From Candidatus Oxydemutatoraceae bacterium (GTDB lineage Bacteria > Pseudomonadota > Gammaproteobacteria > Poriferisulfidales > Oxydemutatoraceae), in contig OZ250161.1 in assembly GCA_965237985.1 (NCBI GenBank), positions 185,691 to 249,690 of the forward strand: 64,000 bases of DNA. The letters are read 5' to 3'. The notes under the pieces are model-generated. The model was not told where the DNA came from. It saw nothing but the letters and a program-made list of their open reading frames with translations, and ran no database searches. A program made the position numbers and the translations under genes. This document shows, one piece after another, positions 11,834-21,094 of this stretch. How positions within the stretch are numbered: the stretch's first letter is position 1; each line of letters starts with the position of its first letter.

Positions 11834-12860
11834 TCACATGATCTGAGACATCTTACCGACCTCGGAGAAGGTGTTGTGAATATAGGCCATTGGTGTCTTC
11901 CCGTTCAAGTTTTTGTGCGGCCGGTATGTGTTGTATTTGAGGACGGCATTTTTGAGTTCATATCTGATGGCCCCAATGGAATCTGCGAGCAGGTCAGCTC
12001 GGTAATAGAATTCTTCTTTGAAGGTTCGGTTTCCCCGTTCGACGCCGCCGTTGTAGGTCGGTTTGCTTGGCGGCAGGACGATAAGTTCGATGGTGAGTTC
12101 CTGGCAGGCGGTCTCGAATTCGGCCATGAACTCCGATCCGCCATCGACCTGTATGGAGCAGATCGTGAAAGGGGGCTTTTCGACAAGTTCGGTCAGGAAC
12201 CTTTTGGCAGAGGTTGCTTTGGCGTTCGAATAAACTTGCGCATGAATAAACTTTGAGCAGCGCTCCCAGGCTTGGAAGTGTTTGCAGGTGACGCCGTTTT
12301 TGTGCACTGTCATGTGATCGACCTGGACCCGTTCGCCCAGGTGCATTTTGCCATAATCTTTGTAGGTCTAGGGCCGGGCATGGGATTTTCGAAAGTCTCG
12401 CTTCCTCTTCGGGTGCGGTGCTGACAGCGACTTTTGGATCAATCCCCTGTCGAACAATCGCTTCAGGATCCGCCCGACCGTACTGGTGCTGATAGAGGCG
12501 CCGTGATCGCGTTGAAGAATAACCGCGATCTTTTCTTTGCCCATAGGTCGGGGTTTCGCGCCGGACCCGCAGCACGAGCTGTAAATCGGCCTCCCCCCAC
12601 AGAGGTTTGTTAGACCCGCCTTGGTCGTTTCGACGGCGGCACAATACCCCGCTCAAGGTCATGCAAAACCTGCCTGTAACGGTAATAGGATGCGCGCGAG
12701 ATGCCGACAAAGTATTGGCACTTCTCATCGCTGACCCCCTCGGCTTTCAGGTCATTCCATCGCCGCACCTTGTCTTTATGTTGTTGTCGATAGACATCAA
12801 GACATTCCTGTGTACGGGCGTAGGCCTAAAGTCTATAAACGTTCTTGTGCAATCCATGGA
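11834..12860 (-). mobile_element. Decayed IS481-family insertion sequence; the transposase is broken into two or more frames by frameshifts and stops
   Basis: The 3' ORF 11834..12346 encodes an rve/DDE integrase core ('HLGERVQVDHMTVH...IQVDGGSEFM...YNTYRPHKNLNGKTPM'). Upstream pieces in other frames read '...KIAVILQRDHGASISTSTVGRILKR...' and '...SRASYYRYRQVLHDLERGIVPPSKRPRR*', typical of the IS481 transposase N-terminus. Confidence 0.75.
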
Positions 12861-13191
12861 TTTGCATATTGGCCTCCGGAAGGTTGGGTCGTTTCATCAA
12901 CACCTATCTTCCGAGGCCCTTTACGCCAATGCAATCGGCAACGGCCCGCTCGCTACAGCGCTCCATAAGGGCGCGCTTCGCGGGCTGCAGAGTAACCGCC
13001 GGAGTCTCACATCTATCTGAACCTATTCACAAGTGCTGGCTGCCGGTGTCAAATCCAGATAGATAAGGTCCGCTTCCGACAGAACAGAAACGCCCGATGA
13101 GTGATGCTCATCCCTTTGGGATTTACCCTTGTTTTGCGACCGTGCTGGAATTAAAAGCAGCAAAATCTGTGCGAAAATGGAGCATGCCATT

Positions 13192-13265
13192 GCCGGTGTA
13201 GCTCAGTACGGCAGAGCAACTGATTCGTAATCAGTAGGTCGGTGGTTCAAATCCACTCACCGGCA
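13192..13265 (+). tRNA. tRNA-Thr (anticodon CGT)
   Basis: Cloverleaf with acceptor GCCGGTG/CACCGGC, D-stem GCTC/GAGC, anticodon stem ACTGA/TCAGT with loop TTCGTAA, T-arm GGTGG-TTCAAAT-CCACT, discriminator A. Confidence 0.85.
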
Positions 13266-14096
13266 TCATTCCGAGAGACTTTTTCAGGATGGCAATTCCC
13301 TGTTTTGTAGCGAACTATTGGTTTTTCATGAACTGCTTTCCTGAAGGCGGTTTTGGAGAAATCGGACTTCGGCACCGTGCGGATTTTTGTGGAGTAGGCC
13401 TTCGGCAGCGAATCAGGCAGTGGTCTCGGAACTTGCCATGAACTGTTGAAAAAAGCGACCGGCTCGGTCACGTTGAACGAAATGCAACAGACCCTCGCCA
13501 TGTGGCGACCGGGAAAACAGAAGGTGTTGGTAAATTCTGGTGACCTGTCGCACGTCTCAGTGGCGACTAATCCGTGGTGAACGACGCTTTTCCGGCAGCA
13601 AACAGCAATGGGTTCAAGATGACCAGGCGGTCGGCAGCAGACGAAGCTGCGCCGGATAAATTTCGGGACTGCTTGGCCGGATGGGCTTCGCTGCCGGACG
13701 AGAATGACGCGTGTTGCCAACCCTGACTCAGAGGGTGAGTTGCCGGTGACGCAGGTTCTACCTGTGCTGAAACGGAGGTGAGTAGATAGCTATTGTGAAA
13801 AGACTCGCTTGCCTGGCGAATTCCCGGAAACCGTCTGTCAGATGCGTTGCCGGAAGGGGGTTGGCCGGTGGTCGCCCATCTGCCTTGATACGCCCTGTCA
13901 GTGATCGACCGACTGGGGGGGCGCCATATGAGAGGCGATACAAGTACAGCGAGGGTGAACCACAGGGCCTGGATGTCATGGAAGTTTCTTTTCTCGGACA
14001 TCTCCCGGAGAGTCACCAGATTGAGAACCTGGCTGCTGGATTCGAAGACACGCTGGAAACGGATTGGGGTATATCCGTGGGCTGATCTGAAAACTT

Positions 14097-14468
14097 TTGC
14101 CGAAGCGGACGGCACCTTGTGGCAAAATGGTGAAAGCTCCTATTGGGAAAAGTAATCGCATCACGCCTGAACAGGAAAAGTCGGAAACGAGTTCGTTAAA
14201 TCTCATTCACGTCCAAAAAATACAGTTGAAAGTTTTTCGCTCCAGAGAGCGCTTCAACGACATGAAAGAGAAGTTGCGGACGTATTTTTGGTTCTCAGAT
14301 GTTCACTACGATTTGTCGGTAACCGACCCCAAAATTGAAAAGCAATATCTGGCTCGGAATAACGGTGACTATGATGTCGATGAGTGCCATTTGACGATCA
14401 GCCTCGGCGAACCCTATGTTCATGACAAGAAATGTTACAAGCTGGTTGCTGCTGCGATAACGATATAA
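14097..14468 (+). CDS. Hypothetical protein (123 aa), no recognisable domain
   Basis: Only sizeable ORF in an otherwise ORF-poor 1.4 kb region; the coding call is weak. Confidence 0.3.
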   Translation: MPKRTAPCGKMVKAPIGKSNRITPEQEKSETSSLNLIHVQKIQLKVFRSRERFNDMKEKLRTYFWFSDVHYDLSVTDPKIEKQYLARNNGDYDVDECHLTISLGEPYVHDKKCYKLVAAAITI

Positions 14469-14697
14469 AGTGGATGCCGTTGCCGACGTCAGGTCGCATC
14501 CGTACAGCAGGCGAAACGCAAACGCATCAAGGTTTCCTGACCGACCAAGGTGCAATAAAATACTGCCGTAGAGGCAGTCTGGCTAGTTTGCATATAGTTT
14601 TCAGGACACGATTTTCTCCTCTTGCCTAGTTGCGCATGGTGCCTGAACAAATTTTTTACCCGTTGTCACCCTGCCACCTGCCCGTGTCAACACGATA

Positions 14698-15162
14698 ATG
14701 AATCTAAGAAAAATGATGTTTGAGGATATCGAGGATGTCATCAGCATCGAGGTTGCCAGCTATGGTTTTCCTTGGGGCGAGAAAACCTTTCGTGACTGTA
14801 TATTTTTGGGCTATCCCTCCTACGTTGTTGAGTACGTGGGGAAAATTGTCGGCTATGTTATCGTGGCCCATGGCAGGCGAAGCTCTCACATCCTGAATTT
14901 GTGTGTTTCCCCCAAACACAGGAAGCAAGGTTGGGGACGAGGGCTTTTGCAGTCATCGTGTAGGGAAGCGGAGTGCCTGGGTTCGTCTTGTATTTTTCTT
15001 GAGGTCCGCTCCAGTAATGCCGGAGCTAAATCCCTTTACGAATCCGAATTTTTTCGAGTGATTTCCGTCAAAAAAGATTATTACCCCGCACGGCACGGTC
15101 GGGAAGACGCGCTGGTTTATTTCAAGGTCTTGGGTCACTTCGGCAACCTTGTCACCAGTTAA
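14698..15162 (+). CDS. rimI: Ribosomal-protein-alanine N-acetyltransferase (GNAT)
   Basis: 'FPWGEKTF...LNLCVSPKHRKQGWGRGLL...LEVRSSNAGAKSLYES' corresponds to E. coli RimI 'FPWSEKTF...RRGLGRMLL...LEVRASNAAAIALYES'. Confidence 0.85.
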   Translation: MNLRKMMFEDIEDVISIEVASYGFPWGEKTFRDCIFLGYPSYVVEYVGKIVGYVIVAHGRRSSHILNLCVSPKHRKQGWGRGLLQSSCREAECLGSSCIFLEVRSSNAGAKSLYESEFFRVISVKKDYYPARHGREDALVYFKVLGHFGNLVTS

Positions 15163-15456
15163 AATATGTGACGTGAAGGGTTTGTGATGGTTGGGACAAC
15201 TCAACGATTTTTGCCGATTTCCTGTTCTCGTTCTCAGTGACAGGATTCCGGGCAGGAAAAACGTGTTTTTTGTTCCGTTATGGGTTGACTGATTCTGAGA
15301 ATCTGTGTTCCTTTCTGGTATCAAATGAAAGGTGGCAGTTCCGTTTTTCGAGAAGTGGGCAGCCCGTAGCCTTGGTGCTTGACTTGCTGACGGTGGTGAA
15401 ATGTGAGTCATGTGAGGGTTACATGTCATTGCAAAGCACAGGATAATTCCACTGTG

Positions 15457-15530
15457 CGGGGCATGGCGCAGTTTGGTAGCGCACCTGCTTTGGGAGCAGG
15501 GGGTCGGAGGTTCAAATCCTCTTGCCCCGA
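15457..15530 (+). tRNA. tRNA-Pro (anticodon TGG)
   Basis: Acceptor CGGGGCA/TGCCCCG, anticodon stem CCTGC/GCAGG with loop TTTGGGA, T-arm GGAGG-TTCAAAT-CCTCT. Confidence 0.85.
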
Positions 15531-15565
15531 TTCGCGTGATTTAGATTTGTTTTTCTAATTTCAAG

Positions 15566-16186
15566 GTGTCGAAAATGAAGATTTTGGTTTTGGAAACCAG
15601 TCCCTATGTTCGGAAAGTCTGCATTGTGGCAGATGAAAAAGGCATGGTATACGAAAGAGTGGCGACCCACCCACGGGTGCGCCCGGCGCTACTGGCTGAA
15701 AGTAATCCGCTGGGAAAAGTCCCGGTACTCATAGACGATGGCGGCAGGGCGATTTTTGATTCAAATGTCATAGTGGATTACTTGGATGCAAAAGGGGGCA
15801 AACCTTTCTTTATTCCCGCTGATCTGGAACAGCGAATAGCAGTGAAAACCGTGGCAAGCGCGGCGGACGGGATTGTCGATGCAGTGGTTGCTGTGGTCGC
15901 GGCCAGGCTCGTGGACAAGGAGAACGTTTCCGAGCGCTGGGCAAACTGGCAGTTTGGAAAAGCCTCTACAGTTCTGGAGTGGCTTGAAAAAAGGTCAAAT
16001 GCTGGAGATTACTTTTGTTTTGGGCGATTGACTTTGGCGGATGTCGCCTTGGTCTGTGCACTTGATTGTCTGGACAGGCGGGCGCCACAACTTGCTTGGC
16101 GAGATCATTGCCCCGGGTTGTTGTCCAGTTTCGAAATGCTGTCGCTGCGTGACGCGTTCGCAAAAAACTTGAAGGCCTCCAACTGA
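15566..16186 (+). CDS. Glutathione S-transferase family protein
   Basis: A thioredoxin-like N-domain 'KILVLETSPYVRKV...NPLGKVPVL...DSNVIVDYL' is followed by an alpha-helical GST C-domain. Confidence 0.75.
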   Translation: MSKMKILVLETSPYVRKVCIVADEKGMVYERVATHPRVRPALLAESNPLGKVPVLIDDGGRAIFDSNVIVDYLDAKGGKPFFIPADLEQRIAVKTVASAADGIVDAVVAVVAARLVDKENVSERWANWQFGKASTVLEWLEKRSNAGDYFCFGRLTLADVALVCALDCLDRRAPQLAWRDHCPGLLSSFEMLSLRDAFAKNLKASN

Positions 16187-16190
16187 TTCT

Positions 16191-16264
16191 GCGCCTGTAG
16201 CTCATCCGGACAGAGCATCGGTCTTCTAAACCGAGGGTAGCAGGTTCGAGTCCTGCCAGGCGCG
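16191..16264 (+). tRNA. tRNA-Arg (anticodon TCT)
   Basis: Acceptor GCGCCTG/CAGGCGC, anticodon stem TCGGT/ACCGA with loop CTTCTAA, T-arm GCAGG-TTCGAGT-CCTGC. Confidence 0.85.
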
Positions 16265-16313
16265 TTTTTCGCTTGCCGGTGGCTACGCCGAGTGGGCAGA
16301 GACGGCAGGCACT

Positions 16314-16343
16314 GTCGGCAGGGCTTCGTGGTGGAGGTATAAT
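16314..16343 (+). promoter_or_regulatory. Candidate sigma70 promoter for the tRNA-His/tRNA-Lys pair
   Basis: A perfect -10 'TATAAT' at 16338..16343 lies 12 nt before tRNA-His; the -35 is weak. Confidence 0.3.
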
Positions 16344-16354
16344 GAATCGTGGAT

Positions 16355-16428
16355 GGTGGGCGTAGCTCAGTTGGTAGAGCGCAGGATTGTGGCTCCTGAG
16401 GCCGTGGGTTCAATGCCCATCGCTCACC
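16355..16428 (+). tRNA. tRNA-His (anticodon GTG) with the extra 5' G(-1)
   Basis: 'GGTGGGCGTAGCTCAGTTGGTAGAGC...CAGGATTGTGGCTCCTG...GTGGGTTCAATGCCCATCGCTCACC' resembles E. coli tRNA-His, including the G-1:C73 pair. Confidence 0.85.
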
Positions 16429-16444
16429 CCGGTGCTTGTTTTTT

Positions 16445-16517
16445 GGGCCATTAGCTCAATTGGTAGAGTAGCTGACTCTTAATCAGTAGGTTCGGGGTTC
16501 GAGTCCCCGATGGCCCC
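16445..16517 (+). tRNA. tRNA-Lys (anticodon CTT)
   Basis: Acceptor GGGCCAT/ATGGCCC, anticodon loop CTCTTAA, T-arm CGGGG-TTCGAGT-CCCCG. Confidence 0.8.
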
Positions 16518-16728
16518 CATCCCGGAGGCAACGCCTTCACACCGGCGAGACCCCATTGACTGGCAGAGGCCATTTTCTCCAGGTGTTTGCAACCTTCCGG
16601 ATTCAGATTGTGAAGTGCTTCCCGGGCCGGGAGATTCTCTGACTGGCCCTGGCAGTGCAATTTGAGCGGCGAGCTTCAAAATACCTGTGATTGTGTTGCC
16701 GATGCGAGCCATTGTGCATCACCGGATT

Positions 16729-17634
16729 TCAATGGCTTGATGGGCGGTTGGTCCGTGCCTGCCGCAAACGGTCGCACACGGATCTGACACCGTGGACGAT
16801 GTTTGGGGAGGGACGGTTCAGCGGTTTGGCATCGAAGCGGTAAATCGGCAACCCGCTCAGGGGCCCCAGGTTCATTTTTTCGTAGTTGGAATCGTGCAGG
16901 ACGACGTCAAAGTCTGTCAGGTAAAGCATTTCACGGCTTAAAGTGATGACCGGAGGAGACTGGGACGAGAAAGGGCTGACGCCATTGCACAGGGCGATGG
17001 CTTTGGAAATCCAGTGATTCGCATTTACTGTCATCAAAGGGTCATGCCAAATCAAGTACAAGGTTTTCAATTTTTCTGTCCTGGCGTTTTCCTGATGCAG
17101 CGCTGCGAGTTCGGCCATGAATTTTTCTGCGTTTTTTTTGGCCGGCTGCGTTTGGCCCAAAAGCATGCCGACGCGTAGCAGCGTATCAGAAATGTTTTTC
17201 ATGTCAGTGGGGTCGGAAACAAAAACCTGCTTTGCCAGACCCTCGAGCTTTGCCAATTGTGCGCTGCGTAGTCCGGCTCCCCAGACCAGTGCCAGGTCAG
17301 GGCGCAAGGCACTGATCCTTTCGTAGTTTATAAACCGGTGGTTTGCGACCTGTGGCAGACTCTTGACGGTGCTGGGGTAATCGCAGGCCTCTGAAACTGC
17401 CAGCAAACGATCTCCGCCGCCGGCGAAGTACACCATTTCCGTAAGATGCGGGGCTAGGGAAACTATTCTGGCTGCCGGACTTGAAAGTTTGACTGTACGG
17501 TTCCAGTCGTCGGTCAGTGAAATCGTTGCCAGACCAGACACCGTGCCGCATATAAAAATGATGCTGCATAATAGTAGCCGTGTTGCAAAAAAAACGGGTG
17601 CGTGAAAGCAGCTACGCTTGGCGGGAAACCGCAT
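16729..17634 (-). CDS. Periplasmic substrate-binding protein of an ABC transporter, BtuF/TroA-like (class 8; cobalamin or iron-complex binding)
   Basis: Signal peptide, then 'RIVSLAPHLTEMVYFAGGGDRLLAVSE...DLALVWG', typical of vitamin B12 (BtuF)-type periplasmic binding proteins. No cognate permease or ATPase is in the window. Confidence 0.7.
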   Translation of the reverse strand: MRFPAKRSCFHAPVFFATRLLLCSIIFICGTVSGLATISLTDDWNRTVKLSSPAARIVSLAPHLTEMVYFAGGGDRLLAVSEACDYPSTVKSLPQVANHRFINYERISALRPDLALVWGAGLRSAQLAKLEGLAKQVFVSDPTDMKNISDTLLRVGMLLGQTQPAKKNAEKFMAELAALHQENARTEKLKTLYLIWHDPLMTVNANHWISKAIALCNGVSPFSSQSPPVITLSREMLYLTDFDVVLHDSNYEKMNLGPLSGLPIYRFDAKPLNRPSPNIVHGVRSVCDRLRQARTNRPSSH

Positions 17635-17704
17635 GTCAGAAAACCATGTTCCAGACTATTGAAAAAATGCCCAGACTCTCTTGTCGGGGAAGCAGTGACC
17701 ACGC

Positions 17705-18772
17705 TTGTGTGCTCGGCTTAGGATGCCACGGGGCAGGGAAGGACAAAACCCCGTGCTGATTCGCAGTGAATTTCGTCCTGCCTGGTGGCTGCCTGATTCC
17801 CATTCCCAAACGCTTTGGGCAAACCTGGTTCGGCCTGTTTCGCGGGTTCACACTGAACTCCGGCGGCTGGAGCTTCCCGATGGCGATTTCCTGGATCTGC
17901 GTTTCGCGGGTCCGCGGGAAGGTCCGATCGCGTTGGTTTTGCCGGGCCTCGGTGGCTCTCTGGACTCTCGCTACGCGGTCGGTATGATGCAGAATCTGGG
18001 AGGACAAGGCTTTTCCTGTGTTTTTATCTACTACCGGAATTGTTCGGACGAACCCAACCGCCTGCCAGGCAGCTTTCATGCCGGAGAAACAGGTGATTTG
18101 AATTTTGTCATTGAACGACTCATGGTCTGGTATCCCGGCCGCCAGATTGTGGCGATTGGTTACTCATTGGGTGCGAATATGTTGCTGAAATACCTGGGGG
18201 AATTCGGCAACCGCGCCAGTCTGGCAGCGGCAGTCGCTGTTTCGGTGCCTTTTGACCTTGCGCAAACCGTTGCCTGCCTGATGCGGGGGTTTTCGCGCAT
18301 TTACCAGGCACATCTGCTCCTTGGTGTGAAAAAAAGATTTTTGCGAAAATGTGCGGTGACTCCGATGCCGGGGATTTCCACACAGGAAGTCGTTTCTGCG
18401 CAAAGCATCCGGGAATTCGATGAAGTGGCAACATCCAGGCTACACGGCTTTCAGAATGCCGAACATTATTACCAGTCTGCAAGTTGCCGCCCTTGGTTGC
18501 GTGACATTGTCGTCCCGACGCTCGTACTACAGGCGCGTGACGATCCTTTTTCCCTGCCCGAGTCGCTACCCGAAAACAGTGAATTGTCAGCAGATGTTAG
18601 CATTGAAGTGAGCGAGCGAGGCGGCCACGTTGGCTTTGTTTCCGGGAATTCTCCCTTGCGGCCGCGCTACTGGTTGGAAGAAAGGGTCAGCAGCTACCTT
18701 GTTGACGATATGCACATCGGCAGGCAGACTTCAGGGAGTGGGAGCGGGAGTTCCCGGCAGGAGATGAACTAA
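17705..18772 (+). CDS. Alpha/beta-fold hydrolase, YheT family
   Basis: 'FRPAWWLPDSHSQTLW...LELPDGDFLDL...GYSLGANML...ERGGHVGFVSG' aligns with E. coli YheT 'FTPYWQRLELPDGDFVDL...GYSLGGNML...EHGGHVGFIGG'. The 3' end is inside a tandem repeat. Confidence 0.8.
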   Translation: MCARLRMPRGREGQNPVLIRSEFRPAWWLPDSHSQTLWANLVRPVSRVHTELRRLELPDGDFLDLRFAGPREGPIALVLPGLGGSLDSRYAVGMMQNLGGQGFSCVFIYYRNCSDEPNRLPGSFHAGETGDLNFVIERLMVWYPGRQIVAIGYSLGANMLLKYLGEFGNRASLAAAVAVSVPFDLAQTVACLMRGFSRIYQAHLLLGVKKRFLRKCAVTPMPGISTQEVVSAQSIREFDEVATSRLHGFQNAEHYYQSASCRPWLRDIVVPTLVLQARDDPFSLPESLPENSELSADVSIEVSERGGHVGFVSGNSPLRPRYWLEERVSSYLVDDMHIGRQTSGSGSGSSRQEMN

Positions 18773-19463
18773 GCGCATATGCGGCCACGTTGGTTTTGTT
18801 TCCGGGAATTCTCCCTTGCGGCCGCGCTACTCGCGCTATTCGTGCTACTCGCTGGAAGAAAGGTGTCAGCAGTTACCATGTTGACGATATGCATGTTCGT
18901 TGGCAGGCGGGCTTTAGGGAGTGGGAGCGGGAGTTCCCGGCAGGAGATAAACCAAGCGAATATGCGGCCACGTTGGCTTTGTTTCCGGGAATTCTCCCTT
19001 GCGGCCGCGCTACTGGCTGGAAGAAAAGGTCAGCAGCTACCTTGTTGACGATATGCACGTTCGTTGGCAGGCAGACTCTAGGGAGTGGGAGCGAGAGTTC
19101 CCGGCAGGAGATAAACTAAGCGCATGTGCGGCCACGTTGGCTTTGTTTCCGGGAATTCTCCCTTGCGGCCGCGCTTATACTGGCTGGAAGAAAGGGTCAG
19201 CAGCTATCTTGTTGACGATATGCACGTTCGTTGGCAGGCAGACTCTAGGGAGTTGGAGCGAGAGTTCCCGGCAGGAAATAAACTAAGCGCATGTGCGGCC
19301 ACGTTGGCTTTGTTTCCGGGAATTCTCCCTTGCGGCCGCGCTACTCGCACTACTGGCTGGAAGAAAGGGTCAGCAGCTACCTTGTTGACGATATGCACGT
19401 CGGCAGGCAGACTCCAGGAAGTGGGAGCGGGAGTTCCCGGCAGGAGATAAACTAAGCGAATAT
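18621..19463. repeat. Tandem repeat of 5 units (160-183 bp) spanning the yheT 3' end and the cybB start
   Basis: Units begin with 'gcggccacgttggctttgtttccgggaattctcccttgcggccgcgct' at 18621, 18781, 18964, 19128 and 19295. Each ends '...ggcaggagataaactaagcg(c/a)at(a/g)t'. The copies have diverged slightly from one another. Confidence 0.9.
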
Positions 19464-20022
19464 GTGGACACGACTGCAACGCCCGGATGGCAAAAATGGT
19501 TTCGCCTGGGTACTGATTGTCGTGCACTGGGGCGTGTTTGTTCTGGTTTTTACTTTGTTCGTGCTGGGTTTGTATATGACTGGGCTGAATTATTACGACG
19601 AGTGGTACTATCTTGCTCCTTATTATCACAAGAGTTTTGGCATGCTGCTTTTCCCAATCATTTTGTTTTGGTTTTGCCACCGAGTGCTGGTTCGTCGCCC
19701 GATTCGGTCGCCCGAACTAAAACCTTGGCAGAAAAATACGTCGCGCCTTGTACACCTCGCGATGCTTTGGTTGATTTTCGCCATTGCTTTCACGGGCTAT
19801 TTGATTCCCACAGCCCAGGGCATGCCGGTAGAAGTGTTTAGCTGGTTTCGTGTGCCGGCGCTGCTGGCCGAGCTCCCCGACCCGGAAGATATTGTTGGCG
19901 ACATGCATTATTACTTGTCCTGGGTACTGGTAATTCTGGTTGGACTGCATGCACTTGCAACACTGAAACACCATTTTTTGCATCGCGACCAGACCCTGCT
20001 TCGGATGCTGGGGCGTGATTGA
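19462..20022 (+). CDS. Cytochrome b561 family protein (CybB/YceJ-like)
   Basis: Four-TM membrane protein. 'HWGVFVLVFTLFVLGLYMTGLNYYDEWY...YHKSFGMLLFPIILFWFCHR' matches the CybB 'HW...YYD.WY...HKS.G...' signature. cytochrome b561 next to YceI is as in E. coli yceJ-yceI. Confidence 0.8.
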   Translation: MWTRLQRPDGKNGFAWVLIVVHWGVFVLVFTLFVLGLYMTGLNYYDEWYYLAPYYHKSFGMLLFPIILFWFCHRVLVRRPIRSPELKPWQKNTSRLVHLAMLWLIFAIAFTGYLIPTAQGMPVEVFSWFRVPALLAELPDPEDIVGDMHYYLSWVLVILVGLHALATLKHHFLHRDQTLLRMLGRD

Positions 20023-20078
20023 TTTCTTAGGCCGGCGGGTTTTATTCCACCGGATTCCGCGCGACATAGGAGGAGACC

Positions 20079-20684
20079 GTGGGGCTTGAAAAATTTTTCC
20101 AGAAACATCTGAGAAGTTTGGTGCTGAACATTGTGTTGGTGTTTTCGGCGTTTCCTGTGGTGCAGGCGGCAGACTACAAGATCGACACAAAAGGCATGCA
20201 TGCTTTTGTTCAGTTCAAGATCCAGCATCTGGGCTTTAGCTGGTTGCTTGGACGTTTCGACCGCTTCGACGGTACTTTTTCGTATGACCCGAAAAAAATC
20301 GGTGAATCCAGTATCCAGGTTTCCGTGGCAACAGCGAGCATCGATTCAAACCACGCCGAGCGTGACAAACATTTGCGCGGTGAAAAATTTCTGCAGACCA
20401 AAAAATATCCCAAAGCGACTTTCAACAGCACCTCGTTCAAGAACCTTGGCAACGGCACAATGGAAGTGAAAGGCAAGCTGACCTTAAAGGGCAATACGCG
20501 AGTCATCACCATCTTGGCAGAGTCCGTTGGCATGGGGGCTGACCCGTGGGGTGGTTACCGTGCGGGGTTCGCTGGAACGACCCGGCTCAGGTTGGCGGAC
20601 TTCGGAATCGATTACAGGTGGCTGTTGTCCGAAGCTTCACAATTTGTCGATATGGAACTGTACCTGGAGGGGGTCAGGCAATAG
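20079..20684 (+). CDS. yceI: YceI-family periplasmic polyisoprenoid-binding protein
   Basis: Signal peptide; 'ADYKIDTKGMHAFVQFKIQHLGFSWLLGRF...GTF' and 'GKLTLKGNTRVI' fit YceI-like proteins. Confidence 0.8.
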   Translation: MGLEKFFQKHLRSLVLNIVLVFSAFPVVQAADYKIDTKGMHAFVQFKIQHLGFSWLLGRFDRFDGTFSYDPKKIGESSIQVSVATASIDSNHAERDKHLRGEKFLQTKKYPKATFNSTSFKNLGNGTMEVKGKLTLKGNTRVITILAESVGMGADPWGGYRAGFAGTTRLRLADFGIDYRWLLSEASQFVDMELYLEGVRQ

Positions 20685-20812
20685 TTCCCGGCGTTCCGGG
20701 TGTGAGGGTGGCCATGATGACATTGCCGAAGTTCGCTGGACAGCACCGGCCTGCTGCCAAACATGAGCATAGAGGTGCGTTCAGTCCCACTCAGTCGATG
20801 TTCAGGCCAGTC

Positions 20813-21094
20813 TCAAGCTGAATATTCCAGAACGGTGGCGGAAAGCACGATTAGAAACGCCGAAAACACCAAAAAGTTTGCCAGTAGGGGGCGGTAGATT
20901 TTTCTCAAGCTGGTTTCGCCGCGCGCGATTCGCGTCAAGAGGAACTGGAGCATGTTGCCGGCGACCAGTGCTGGGATTGCCAGCAAGACGGTAAAGAAAA
21001 TCAGACCGTACCGGTGCAGTCCAAGGTCGGCGATGCCGGTCACGAAATTGTTCAAGAGGTCCATAGGTTCGTCATCGTGATTATCCTTTGTCAA
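20813..21094 (-). CDS. Hypothetical small membrane protein (93 aa, 2 TM)
   Basis: ORF with two hydrophobic helices; no family recognised. Confidence 0.35.
   Translation of the reverse strand: MTKDNHDDEPMDLLNNFVTGIADLGLHRYGLIFFTVLLAIPALVAGNMLQFLLTRIARGETSLRKIYRPLLANFLVFSAFLIVLSATVLEYSA

Noticed and set aside
11994-12728. 244-aa Arg-rich minus-strand ORF
   Set aside because: It is an out-of-frame reading across the degraded IS481-family transposase. The real transposase pieces are in other frames.
13270-14690. RNase P RNA or cobalamin riboswitch in the ORF-poor interval
   Set aside because: I could not find the conserved P4 'AGGAAAGUCCGGGCUCC' or B12-box-like motifs by eye on either strand. 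This is left as an open interval in the findings.
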